In this document: piece by piece, positions 11,023 through 21,255 of the stretch
Layout: each line of letters begins with the position of its first letter
Numbering within the stretch: position 1 is the stretch's first letter
DNA from: an uncultured Methanoregulaceae archaeon
GTDB taxonomy: Archaea; Halobacteriota; Methanomicrobia; Methanomicrobiales; Methanospirillaceae
Direction of reading: 5' to 3'
Length of the DNA: 64,000 nt
NCBI GenBank assembly: GCA_963737635.1
Contig: CAVTTL010000001.1
Span: forward strand, 992,001 to 1,056,000
The notes under the pieces: model-generated
Databases searched by the model: none
The model's input: the letters and a program-made list of their open reading frames with translations, nothing else
What the model was told of the DNA's origin: nothing
Translations under genes and position numbers: made by a program

Positions 11023-11320
11023 GGAAAGAGATCAGAGCTCCGTTACTGCAGTGAAAATATGCATCATCCATGAACGTCCGTGCGTCGCTTTCCGGATAAT
11101 AAATTCACCTCAAGAAGGAGAATCGAATGCATAAAATTCCTTAAAAGCGTATTAACGGGGCAAGAGATATAAATTTGGTTTTTTCTGGAATGCCACAGTG
11201 TAGTTTTTCCGGGAATTACTGTAACAGCCGGAGGAATTTATTGTGCGCCGGCCTACCCAGGAAAATCTGTAAAAAGAATTCTCGCGTCAAAAAACCGTCG
11301 TAGTTTCCATTTTTCGGACT

Positions 11321-12194
11321 TTACGGTACAGATCTTTGTGATCGGAATCTCGAGAATATCTTCAGCCCCGCACGCTTTGAGCTTTGGGATCAGCCCGTTG
11401 ACCGCACTTTTCTGTACCACCGTCTGGACGCTGTAATAATCGAGACCGTGGAGCCGGCTTACGGTCGGCTTTTTCATGGCCGGGAGCGCCGAGACGATCT
11501 TCTCCAGCGCTGCTGTCGGCACATTCATCGTAAGGAGTACCTTATGCCGGGCTTCGAGCACCCCGAAAAGGAGGGTCGTAATCTCTTCTATCTCGCGCCT
11601 TTTTTCTGGATCTGCCCAAGCTGCATGGTTTGCGATAATCACCGTGTGTGATTCCATGATCTGCCCTATGATTTTAAGGCCGTTTTTCCGCAGGGTCGTC
11701 CCCGTTTCCGTGAGGTCGACAACCACGTCCATGAGATCGGGTACCTTTGCTTCCGAGGCCCCGTACGAGTGGAAGAGCTGGACAGGAATATTCTGATCGG
11801 CAAAATATTTTTTCGTGAGCTCCGGGTATTCCGTCGTCACCCGGCTGCCGGGCCGGATTTGCCCGGCTGCTTCTATGGGTTCGTCGCGATGGACAGCGAT
11901 CACGATCTTCACGTTACCTTCCCCGGTTTTGCTATAGGAAAGAGCCGCCACCTCAACGACATCAGCACCAGTCTCCCTGACCCAGTCAAGCCCGGAGATA
12001 CCGAGATCGAAATAGCCCTTGTCCACAAACGTTGGGATTTCCTGTGGTCGGAGGATTTTTACCTTGCCAATCCGGGTGTCATCAATCCGGGGATTATAGT
12101 CGCGGTCCGTACGCCTGACCTCAAGATCCGCTTCCTTGAAAAGCTGGAGCGTCTGCGCTTCGAGGCTGCCCTTCGGGAGTGCAAGGGTGATCAT
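11321..12194 (-). CDS. hisG: ATP phosphoribosyltransferase (long form); 1-nt insertion near 11330 extends the ORF to 11253
   Basis: LALPKGSL, RPQEIP, DLGISGLD, DVVVDLTETGTTLRKNGL and C-terminal regulatory domain. Removing one T restores ...TKIVP*. Confidence 0.93.
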
Positions 12195-12250
12195 ACCATA
12201 TCACCAGCGACGGCAAAACCGATAAAGGTACAGGGTAATTGCTTGGAGGA

Positions 12251-13516
12251 TTACCCAAACGGGTGGATGACAAGTCCGCTTAGGAGTTTGGGTTCAAACC
12301 ATGTGGATTTGGGGGGCATGACGCCCCCGGCATCGGCAATCGAGAGAACCGTTTCTACCTGCACCGGCTGCATGGCAAACGCGAGCCGGTAGGTACCGGC
12401 ATCTACGAGCCGTTCGATATCGGCAACCGGCCTCGCACCGCCAAGATACTGGAGCCGGGCATCGCCCCGGGGATCGGTAATGCCAAGCATCCCTTCGAGC
12501 ACGAGCTTCTGGAGCAACGCGACATCGAGAACATCGAGCGGGTCTGCACCCGGATTGATCGGGCGCGTGCATTCGTACCATTTTTCTTCGAGGTAAAGGT
12601 GCATGACATGGTATTTTTCCGGGTGTGCTATGTGCGGCCTGATATTGTACCCGCACCCATCAACCGCCCCATACGGAGTCACCGTGTACCATTTCCTGAG
12701 TTCGTTAAGGAAAGTCTCTTGGTCAAATGTACCGATATCGGTCAAAAGCCGGCTGTAACCATGGATCCTTACTCTGTTGTGGGAAAAGAGCACACCCATG
12801 AACCGGCCAATCTCACCATCAGCAGGAAGACCGGACGCACGCATCCTGTCGGCCAGGTTGACTGCGGCTTTGGCCCGGTGGTGGCCGTCGGCAATATAGA
12901 GGCTGGCCACGTCCCGGAAACGGTGTTCAACCGCGTCGAGTGCTACCGTGTCGGTGATAGCAAAGATCTGGTGGATGCAGCCTTCCGGGGTATGAACCTC
13001 CGCATCCGGGGTTTTGTTTCCCGCTATCAGCGATTCGATGAATGAAAAGAGTGTACCGGGATCCCGGTAGAGGAGCACGACCGGGCCGTCGTGGGCCTTG
13101 ACCGCGTCGATATGCCGGGTCCGGTCCTCCTCTTTGTCGTACCGGGTCAGCTCGTGGCGCCGGATCCTGCTCCTGCGATAATCTTCGGTGTCAAGGCAGC
13201 AGCATACGCCGACAAACGTTTCTCCGTTCTGCTGGATCCTGTATACATACATCGCGGGGCTTCTGTCCTTTTTCAACCGGCCATTTGCAAGAAACGCATG
13301 GAAATTGTCACGTGCCCGCTCATAGACCTTGGTATTATCCGGCGGAACGTCAGGGAGTTCCGCATCGGACCGGCTTACGGTCAGGAAACTCTCCGGGTTT
13401 GCTTTGATGATCGAACGCGCCTCGTCACCGGTCACAACATCGTACGGGACGGCTGCAATGGACTGGGCCTCACCCGGTGCGGGGCGCACCGCGGCAAAAC
13501 GATAGACGGTTACCAT
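12251..13516 (-). CDS. DUF1015 family protein
   Basis: AVPYDVV, IRRHELT, LYIADGHHR and MPPKSTWFEPKLLSGL motifs. Confidence 0.85.
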   Translation of the reverse strand: MVTVYRFAAVRPAPGEAQSIAAVPYDVVTGDEARSIIKANPESFLTVSRSDAELPDVPPDNTKVYERARDNFHAFLANGRLKKDRSPAMYVYRIQQNGETFVGVCCCLDTEDYRRSRIRRHELTRYDKEEDRTRHIDAVKAHDGPVVLLYRDPGTLFSFIESLIAGNKTPDAEVHTPEGCIHQIFAITDTVALDAVEHRFRDVASLYIADGHHRAKAAVNLADRMRASGLPADGEIGRFMGVLFSHNRVRIHGYSRLLTDIGTFDQETFLNELRKWYTVTPYGAVDGCGYNIRPHIAHPEKYHVMHLYLEEKWYECTRPINPGADPLDVLDVALLQKLVLEGMLGITDPRGDARLQYLGGARPVADIERLVDAGTYRLAFAMQPVQVETVLSIADAGGVMPPKSTWFEPKLLSGLVIHPFG

Positions 13517-13690
13517 GATACCAACCAGAGCCCCAAAAAAGGGCGACCTTTCTCATACATTTGGGCGAGGTCACATATATAATCAAAGACATCCTGTCCG
13601 GTAACACGAACCGGATACATCTTTAGCTGGGACGCAATGCTTATCGCACCGTGAGGTAACTGATGATACTACGAAAAAAGGACCTAGTTC

Positions 13691-14179
13691 ATGATCCGTT
13701 CTCCCCCTCTTGCGGTCCCTCCGGCGGTCCCGTTTATCCGACGTGCCGTACCTGCCGACGTGCCGGCAATTGTTGTCATCGAGCAGGAGGCTTTTGCTGA
13801 TCCGTGGGATGCAGGGATCTTCACTGAGGCCCTTTCCTATTACCCGACCACCTATTTTGTCGCGGTTTGCGAAGGAAAGATTGCCGGGTTTATCGTCGGG
13901 GCGCTTGAAGATACTGGGGAAAATATCTACGGTCATATCTGCAACTTTGCCGTAACTGCACCCTTCCAGCGCAAAGGGATAGGCCGGCAGCTCGTGCTCC
14001 GTCTCGAACACCAGTTTGCCGTGGAGAGCGCAAGCGGCTCCCAGCTTGAGGTCAGGGAATCAAATGTACCTGCTCAGAGGTTCTACCGGCGCCTCGGTTA
14101 TGAGAATGTCTTCCAAGTCGGCGGCTATTACGCAAACGGCGAGGACGCGCTCGTAATGATGAAGTGGTTCCGGTTCTGA
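13691..14179 (+). CDS. rimI: RimI-like GNAT N-acetyltransferase
   Basis: NFAV...FQRKGIG, LEVRESN..AQRFYRRLGY, YYANGEDA. Confidence 0.85.
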   Translation: MIRSPPLAVPPAVPFIRRAVPADVPAIVVIEQEAFADPWDAGIFTEALSYYPTTYFVAVCEGKIAGFIVGALEDTGENIYGHICNFAVTAPFQRKGIGRQLVLRLEHQFAVESASGSQLEVRESNVPAQRFYRRLGYENVFQVGGYYANGEDALVMMKWFRF

Positions 14180-14225
14180 ACAGCCAGCTTTATTCCCTAG
14201 TGATTTTCAAAAAAACTGGTATATC

Positions 14226-15513
14226 TTACCTTTTCTCTCCTCGTCCCAGTTCCTGGTGGGCGCGGGCGAGGTGCTGGGCGGCAAGCGCGCCGATGAGCGA
14301 AAGTTCACCGGCAAGAACGCCGGCCCCGATAATTTCCGCGAGTTTCTTTGCGTTCGCTCCCGGGGGAGTCCCGCCACCGGCAACGCCGAGGATTTTCAGG
14401 CACTCATTCTGGGTATCAACGCCAGTCCCGCCGCCAACCGTGCCCACCGGGAGCGAAGGGAGCGTGACTGCGACGTAAACTCCCGACTCGGTAGCATCAA
14501 TCGTGGTCATGCAGGTGCTGCCATCGATCGCGTGAGCGGCATCCTGACCGCAGGCGATAAACATCGCAGCGACGATGTTCGCTGCATGGGCGTTGAACCC
14601 CATCGCGCCCGCCCGTGCCGAGCCGACGAAGTTCTTCCGGTAGTTCACTTCGATCATTGTCTGTGCATCGGTCTTGAGGACCATCCCAATCAGCTCGTGG
14701 GAGAGAGCGACACCAGCCACGACGCTGCGCCCCCTGCCCATGATACCGTTGATGGCTGCCGGTTTCTTGTCGGTACACATATTCCCCGAGAGTGCGATCA
14801 GACGGGCGCCGGTGGTTACCGCAATTTCATCAGCGATTTTCGCACTGGCGATGGTAACCATATTCATACCCATTGCATCTTTGGTGTCGAATTCGAGTCG
14901 GATAAAGACGCTCGTGCCCGCGATAAAGGGGACAAGGCCAGTCATCTTTCCATGTGAGGTAGTGGTCTGTGCTATCGCGGCAAGATCGTTCGTGTGGGCC
15001 TCTGCCCAATCGGCAATCTCTTTTGCATGACCGACGCTCTTTGCGGCAAAGACGGGGGCCCGGGTCATACCCTCGTGGAGGATACGCACTTCTGCTCCTC
15101 CGGCTTTTGTGATCGCGCCCGCCCCCCGGTTCGACTGAGGCCACCAATGCCCCTTCGGTGGTCGCGAGGGGCAGCCAGAACGACCCCTTCGCATACTCGC
15201 CGTTGATGGCAAGCGGCCCGGCAACTCCGACCGGTACCTGGACCGTACCGATCATATTTTCGCAGTTCCTGGTTGCCGCCCGGTCAACGTCTATCGAAAA
15301 GATCCCGATGTTTTCGAGCTTCGAGCTGGTTTCCTGTTCGATGAACTCCCGGCGCACCCTGACGGCATCGACCGGAGGGAGCTGTTTTTCAAGTTCGTAG
15401 AGCTTGATGGATCCATCCCTGAGTTTTGCCCTGATCTCTCCTTCGTTTCCGCGATCCGGTCCGTCCTTTGCACGACTCTTTTCCGGATCGCGGTGCCCGT
15501 CATCACCAGCCAT
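14226..15513 (-). CDS. hmgA: HMG-CoA reductase (NADPH, class I); frameshift near 15132
   Basis: CENMIG, PLATTEGALVAS(V)NRG, DAMGMNM, GTVGGGT and LARAHQELGR, split over two frames. Confidence 0.93.
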
Positions 15514-15561
15514 GAATACCTGTTGTACGTATACTATTATCAGTGCAGTGGTTTTGCGTTC

Positions 15562-16479
15562 ATGACGACTGAACAGTGGGGTATGCGGGTACCGGCAAAA
15601 AAAGGCGAAGAGATCCGCCAGGCACTCCTCCGCGAGGGTGAGCTCGATCTTACGCTCAAGGTACTGCATGATGGGGACTCTCTTATCTTCCCGGTAACTG
15701 TGGAACGCGAGGAAAGCGTACGGTATATTTTTGAGGAACAGCCCAATCGCATCGAACTTCCCCGTCACGAATTGGTTGGTGGGATTGCAATCATGCAGGA
15801 GAACGATCCCGCCGGGGCTGACGTGATCCTTGCATCCCGTCCCTCTTTACACACCGTACTTTTCCCGACGAGCGAAGTCTCCGGTGAGTACCGGACTCGC
15901 GAGTATGCGGTGCTTGCCGGGACACCTACAACACGTACAGACGTCGTCGAACACGGCTACCGGTTTGCAGTCGATCTTGCCGGCGCGTATTTTTCCGCCC
16001 GGCTCTCAACTGAGCGCCGGCGTATTGCGGGAAAAATGACTAATGGCGAACTGGTGCTCGATATGTTTGCGGGGGTGGGACCGTTTGCAGTCACGCTTTC
16101 GCCTCAGGCAGCACTTGTTGTGGCAGCAGACCTCAACCCCCATGCGGTCCTCCTGATGATCGAAAATTGCCGGAAGAACCGGGCAGCCAATGTCCTCCCC
16201 CTCCTTGCGGATGCCCGAAGGCTTGAGAGATTCCTGCCGTGGAAATTTGACCGGATCGTCATGAACCTCCCGCTTGCCGGGACTGCGTTTTTACCGGCAG
16301 CGTTCCGGCTTGCCCGGCCCGGCGGTATAATTCATTTCTATTCGCTGGTCTCACGCGAAGGCGAGCACCTTGACCGGATCTGCGAGCTGGGTGGCACGGG
16401 GATTACCGAACGCGTCGTGCGGTCATATTCGCCCGGCCAGTGGCACGCGGTGTACGACATCGTGGCAGGGAAAATCTGA
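15562..16479 (+). CDS. trm5: Trm5/Met-10+ family tRNA (guanine-N1) methyltransferase
   Basis: YFSARLSTER, VLDMFAGVGPF, RIVMNLP. Confidence 0.8.
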   Translation: MTTEQWGMRVPAKKGEEIRQALLREGELDLTLKVLHDGDSLIFPVTVEREESVRYIFEEQPNRIELPRHELVGGIAIMQENDPAGADVILASRPSLHTVLFPTSEVSGEYRTREYAVLAGTPTTRTDVVEHGYRFAVDLAGAYFSARLSTERRRIAGKMTNGELVLDMFAGVGPFAVTLSPQAALVVAADLNPHAVLLMIENCRKNRAANVLPLLADARRLERFLPWKFDRIVMNLPLAGTAFLPAAFRLARPGGIIHFYSLVSREGEHLDRICELGGTGITERVVRSYSPGQWHAVYDIVAGKI

Positions 16480-16518
16480 CGATTTCATGCCGGAACGGAC
16501 GTAATTCCCGTTCCGTTT

Positions 16519-16977
16519 TTATTTCTGTTCCCTCGAGACCGGCCCGGCTCCAGCAGCATCCTCCTGACGGCTGAGTCCACCTTTCTTGAGGAAGTAATAC
16601 CCGGAACAGAGTGCGAAGATGATGGCGGCTATCCCAAACATTTTCGCCGGATTTGTGCTCCCGGTATCAAGGAGGATGACACTACGGACGATCGCGATGA
16701 TAGCGATCATGATCACTACTTCGACGTGGATCACCTTCTCGTTGACGTACGCCGATACGGTCGCCAGCAGCTCGACACCGATCAGGACAAGGAGGAAATA
16801 CCCGAACAGGCCGAGGAGTTCGTTATTTTCCAGGAGAAGCGGGGAGTTGACGAAGAGCGAAACATAGAGGATATAAATCAGTTCCCCGATAGAGAAAGCG
16901 ACGATGATCGCGAAAAGGGTAATAAGAATGAGATAAACCGCAGTCTCATATTTTTTTAAGATAGTGCTGGCGTCCAT
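16519..16977 (-). CDS. Phosphate-starvation-inducible PsiE family membrane protein
   Basis: Four TM helices; LLVLIGVELL...IHVEVVIMIAIIAIVR. Confidence 0.75.
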   Translation of the reverse strand: MDASTILKKYETAVYLILITLFAIIVAFSIGELIYILYVSLFVNSPLLLENNELLGLFGYFLLVLIGVELLATVSAYVNEKVIHVEVVIMIAIIAIVRSVILLDTGSTNPAKMFGIAAIIFALCSGYYFLKKGGLSRQEDAAGAGPVSREQK

Positions 16978-17113
16978 AGTAGCATGTAATAAAACAACGG
17001 ATAAATAATCTATGGCGGCAAATTCTGGCTATTCCTGTTTTGTTGATCTTCTCCAAGCGCAGAGATGTTTTACCGATGACTAAGCACCAGTGATCCTGAT
17101 CACCCCAACCTTT

Positions 17114-17136
17114 ATTATTAGGTAAACCCTAACTAA
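17114..17136. promoter_or_regulatory. Putative MarR operator box 1 (imperfect TTAGTTAGG-N5-CCTAACTAA)
   Basis: ATTATTAGG-TAAAC-CCTAACTAA just upstream of marR; the same motif recurs upstream of lon. Confidence 0.55.
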
Positions 17137-17149
17137 CAAGGATCGATCT

Positions 17150-17569
17150 ATGGTGGACCGGCGGGAGCAGTTGTTCTCTGAGTTTGAAAAACTTATCAGG
17201 ATCAGAAATGAGTGCTCCTGCAGGATCTTCTCCGAGTGCGGCCTGCCGGATATGACCGTCAGGCAGGTCGCTTATCTCAGAACCATCGATGGACAGGGAG
17301 ATGTGACCTTTTCGCGGCTTGCGGAGATCACTCAAAACTCAAAACCGACGATCACCGAGATGATCAACCGGTTTGTCCGGATGGAGTGCGTGTACCGAGA
17401 ATCCTGTCCCGAAGACAAAAGGATCCTGTACATCCACCTGACCGACAAAGGAAAAAAGATTGCACAGGCAGAACAAGCTGCACTGCGCCAGGTGATTGAA
17501 CAAATGACGGATTCGCTTGATGAAAACGAATTGGATCTCCTGATCGAGATCCTGCAGAAGGTCGGTTAA
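17150..17569 (+). CDS. MarR family transcriptional regulator
   Basis: Winged HTH: LAEITQNSKPTITEMINRF...EDKRILYIHLTDKG. Confidence 0.9.
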   Translation: MVDRREQLFSEFEKLIRIRNECSCRIFSECGLPDMTVRQVAYLRTIDGQGDVTFSRLAEITQNSKPTITEMINRFVRMECVYRESCPEDKRILYIHLTDKGKKIAQAEQAALRQVIEQMTDSLDENELDLLIEILQKVG

Positions 17570-17586
17570 TTTTTTTGTCCCGGGCT

Positions 17587-17609
17587 TTAGTTAGGTAAAA
17601 GCAAACTAA
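17587..17609. promoter_or_regulatory. Putative MarR operator box 2
   Basis: TTAGTTAGG-TAAAA-GCAAACTAA between marR and lon. Confidence 0.55.
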
Positions 17610-17624
17610 ATAAATGGAGTAACC

Positions 17625-20006
17625 ATGCAATCGGAAAAAAAGGAAAAATCACCGGAAAAACTCGTCATACCCCTCTTTGAGATTGTCGCCTATCCCGGAA
17701 GCCGGACAAAGTTTCCGGTCGATAAGGCAACCGGCGAACTGCTGCTTGCATCCATGACAGATGCAGGCGGCTGGTACGCGATCGGCCTCACGGTAAAAAG
17801 CGGAACACGGCCTTCGGATCTGACTACAGAGTCGCTGTATAAAACCGGAAATCTGTTCCGGATCATGCATACGCAGCCGGCGGACGATGGATACCTGGTC
17901 TGCGCGGAAGTCGAAAAAAGGGTCAAAGTCGTTTCCCTTATTCCAAGGGAGGGACACTTCTTTGCAGCCCTCGAGCAGGTTCCTGATCTGCAGGATCTCG
18001 AAGCCGACTTAGAAGCCCGGATTCTCACCGACGTAAAAAACACCCTCCACGAGATCAGCCGTCGCTTTTCCGGCTCCGAACAGTTCACCCGGCCGATCGA
18101 CCGGATGGACTCCATCGACCGGATCATGGGCTTTGTGATGCCCTTCCTACCTGCTAATCTTTCCGAGAAGCAGGAGCTGCTTGAGATCGCTTCTGTCAGG
18201 CAACGGTATATCACGTTCCTTGAGCTCCTCATAAAAACCAGGGAGAACATCAAGATCCGGATCGAGATGGCAGAAAAAATCTCGGACCGTGTGAGCAAGT
18301 CGAACCGGGAAGCGATGCTCCGGGAGCAGCTCAAGATGATCCAGGAAGAGCTTGGCGAGAGCGCCGGGGTACCGGCGATGCCGGGTATCGTGAGAAAGTC
18401 GAATCTTCGAAGATGCCGGATGATATACGTAAGAAGGCTCTTGCAGAGGTAAGGAAACTTGAGACCGGCGGAAGCCAGAACCACGAAAGCTCGGTGATCC
18501 GGAATTATCTCGATCTCCTGCTCGACCTGCCATGGGTCACTGAGGAGAAAAAGAGCATCGATATCGGGCAGGCCCGCCGCGTCCTCGAAAGCCATCATAA
18601 CGGCCTTGAGAAAGTCAAGGAGCGGATCGTCCAGCATCTCGCAGTCATGAAACTCCGTCAGGAAAAACAAGGCTCGATCCTCCTCTTTGTCGGCCCGCCC
18701 GGCACCGGGAAAACGAGCCTTGGGAAAAGCATCGCCGAAGCTCTCGGGCGCAAGTACGTCCGAGTCAGCCTTGGCGGCGTCCGGGACGAGGCAGAGATCC
18801 GGGGCACCGGAGGACGTATGTCGGGGCACTGCCCGGAAGGATTATCCAGGGCATCCAGAAGGCCGGCACCAGAACCCGGTCTTCATTCTCGATGAGATCG
18901 ACAAACTGGCCTCTTCGTATGCGGGCGATCCGGCAAGCGCCCTTCTCGAAGTCCTCGACCCGGAGCAGAACAATACCTTCTCCGACCACTACCTTGAAGT
19001 CCCTTATGATCTCTCCGAGGTGCTCTTTATTGCAACGGCCAATTCCCTTGCGACGATCCCGGCTCCTTTGCTCGATCGTATGGAGATGATCGAGATCTCG
19101 GGCTACACGAAGAACGAGAAGTTTGCCATTGCAAAAGACCACCTCATTCCCGAGGTATTACAGGAGCACGGTCTCGATGCGGACAAACTTCGTATCGAAG
19201 ATGAGGCCCTGAAGCTGATCATCGAGAAGTACACCCGGGAGGCCGGTGTCCGGTGGCTCAAGAAACAGCTGGCGAAGATCTCACGGCATGTCTCGGAGAA
19301 AATTGTCTCCGGCACTGCTGAGCTGCCGTTTACCGTCACCCCGGACAATTTATCGGCCATTCTCGGAAAGGAGCAGATCCGGCAGGAAGTGGCCCGGAAA
19401 GAGCCTGTCCCTGGTGTCGTCACCGGCCTTGCGTGGACGCCGGTTGGCGGGGAGATCCTCTTTATCGAGGGAACGTTCATGCCCGGGACCGGTAAGCTCA
19501 CCCTCACCGGCCAGCTGGGGGACGTGATGAAGGAATCGGCAACGATTTCATCAAGCCTCATCCGGTCCCGGCTTGCCGGCACGCAGAATGGGTTTAACTT
19601 TATCACAAGTGACATCCACATCCACGTGCCCTCGGGAGCAACCCCCAAAGACGGTCCATCGGCGGGCGTGACAATCTTCTCTGCACTTGCATCGCTGATC
19701 ACCGGGAAGACTGTTGACCCGAACCTTGCGATGACCGGTGAGATTACCCTGAGTGGTTCAGTACTTCCGGTTGGCGGGATCAAGGAGAAGATCCTTGCCG
19801 CACACCGGGCGGGGATCAAAAAAGTGATCTTGCCAAAGGAGAACGAACGCGACCTTCAGGATGTGCCTGAGGATGTCCGTGGCGAATTGACGTTTGTCCC
19901 GGTTGGTACCATTGAGGAAGTTCTCAAAGAAGCGCTCAGTATCGAACTTCCCCGGGCCGTGACGGTGCATTCAGGGAACAGTTTTGTTCCTGCACAAAAC
20001 GCGTGA
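17625..20006 (+). CDS. lon: Bacterial-type ATP-dependent protease LonA; three 1-nt deletions (~18365, ~18802, ~18871)
   Basis: Lon N-domain; Walker [10 protein letters not shown]; RDEAEIRG(H)[10 protein letters not shown]; ILDEIDK; PKDGPSAG catalytic Ser; GGIKEK catalytic Lys. Confidence 0.93.
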
Positions 20007-20328
20007 ACGCCGGTAGTGATTCGGCAACGATTGCACTGCCGGGGAGCTCCTGAACTGTGTACAGGATACCCAGAACGCAACTTTTTTTCTCTTCTTCACG
20101 ATTTCCATCGTAAAGAATGGTCTACGATAAACATCCCGAATGTCCTATCCACCTGCCGGGGATCCTTTCGGTATCCACGAGGACATCAGGGACCTGTGGC
20201 CGCGGTTCGACATGTGTCCTGAACCCGAACGGCTGGCAATCGATATGCTAAACCGCATACCATGTAAGCTTTGACGCCAGTCCGGAGGACCGGGAACGCT
20301 CATAAGGTCCGGTGTCCTATGTCGTGTC

Positions 20329-21132
20329 ATGGCCCGGATCCCGGCAACACTGCTTCCTGTAGGCGACGTGAAGCTTGGGTATCACGAGTTTGGAGCGGGG
20401 TACCCGGTGATTTTAATCAATGGGCTTGCCTCACCGATGGACACGTGGAACCCGCCGGTCCTTGAAACCATCTCCCGGCACTTCCGCGTCATTACCTTTG
20501 ACAACCGGGGGACAGGGTATTCCGGGGTTTCGGACAAACCGTTCTCGGTTTCTCTCTTTGCCCGGGATACGGCCGCCTTGATGGACGCCCTTTGCATTTC
20601 CCGCGCTCATGTCCTTGGGTTTTCGATGGGGGCGTGCATTGCGCAGGAGATTGCGCTGCAATTCCCGGAGAAGATCGACCGGCTGGTCCTCGTCTCCGGG
20701 GACTGCGGAGGGTCCGAAGCCGTGAGGATGGGATCCGGGATTCTTGCCCGTCTCACGGACAAGAGCGGGACGATGCAGGAGGTGGCAGGGCGCATGTTTC
20801 CTCTGCTCTTCCCGGCTGATTGGCTTGCCACCCACGATCCCTTCCAATACTGCCCGGACGTGTACGAAACCACCGATGAAAAGAATTGTGCTCGCCAGGC
20901 TGCCGCCTTTTCTTCGTGGCCCGGATCCTTTTCCCGGCTCGGAAATATCCAGTCTCCCACGCTTATTCTTACTGGAGACGAAGATGTAGTGGTCCCGCCA
21001 CAAAACGCAGTAATACTCAGCAGCCAGATTCCCGGAGCGAAGCTCGTCACGTTCTATGGCGGAGGACACGGGGTGATGTACCAGTTCCCGGACCGGTTCA
21101 GCAGAACCGTGCTCGCGTTTCTGGAAAGGTGA
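20329..21132 (+). CDS. Alpha/beta fold hydrolase
   Basis: DNRGTGYS, GFSMG nucleophile elbow, GDEDVVVP, GGGHG. Confidence 0.9.
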   Translation: MARIPATLLPVGDVKLGYHEFGAGYPVILINGLASPMDTWNPPVLETISRHFRVITFDNRGTGYSGVSDKPFSVSLFARDTAALMDALCISRAHVLGFSMGACIAQEIALQFPEKIDRLVLVSGDCGGSEAVRMGSGILARLTDKSGTMQEVAGRMFPLLFPADWLATHDPFQYCPDVYETTDEKNCARQAAAFSSWPGSFSRLGNIQSPTLILTGDEDVVVPPQNAVILSSQIPGAKLVTFYGGGHGVMYQFPDRFSRTVLAFLER

Positions 21133-21255
21133 GGGATGGGGCAGTCGCGGAATTTTTCAAGGGGTCGCTTGGTGCCGGATATTGTTGGAGGGCTGCAGGG
21201 AAGTGGACAATCTCGTTTTATGTGAATAAAAAGATTACATATTAGTGCTCCAAAT

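Noticed and set aside
3707-11200. Integrated element at tRNA-Leu (AT-richer VWA/pilin block)
   Set aside because: No integrase and no duplicated tRNA 3' end were found; secreted Asn/Thr-rich proteins explain the composition.
11253-11330. Novel C-terminal extension of HisG
   Set aside because: A single extra base explains it; the corrected end is TKIVP*.
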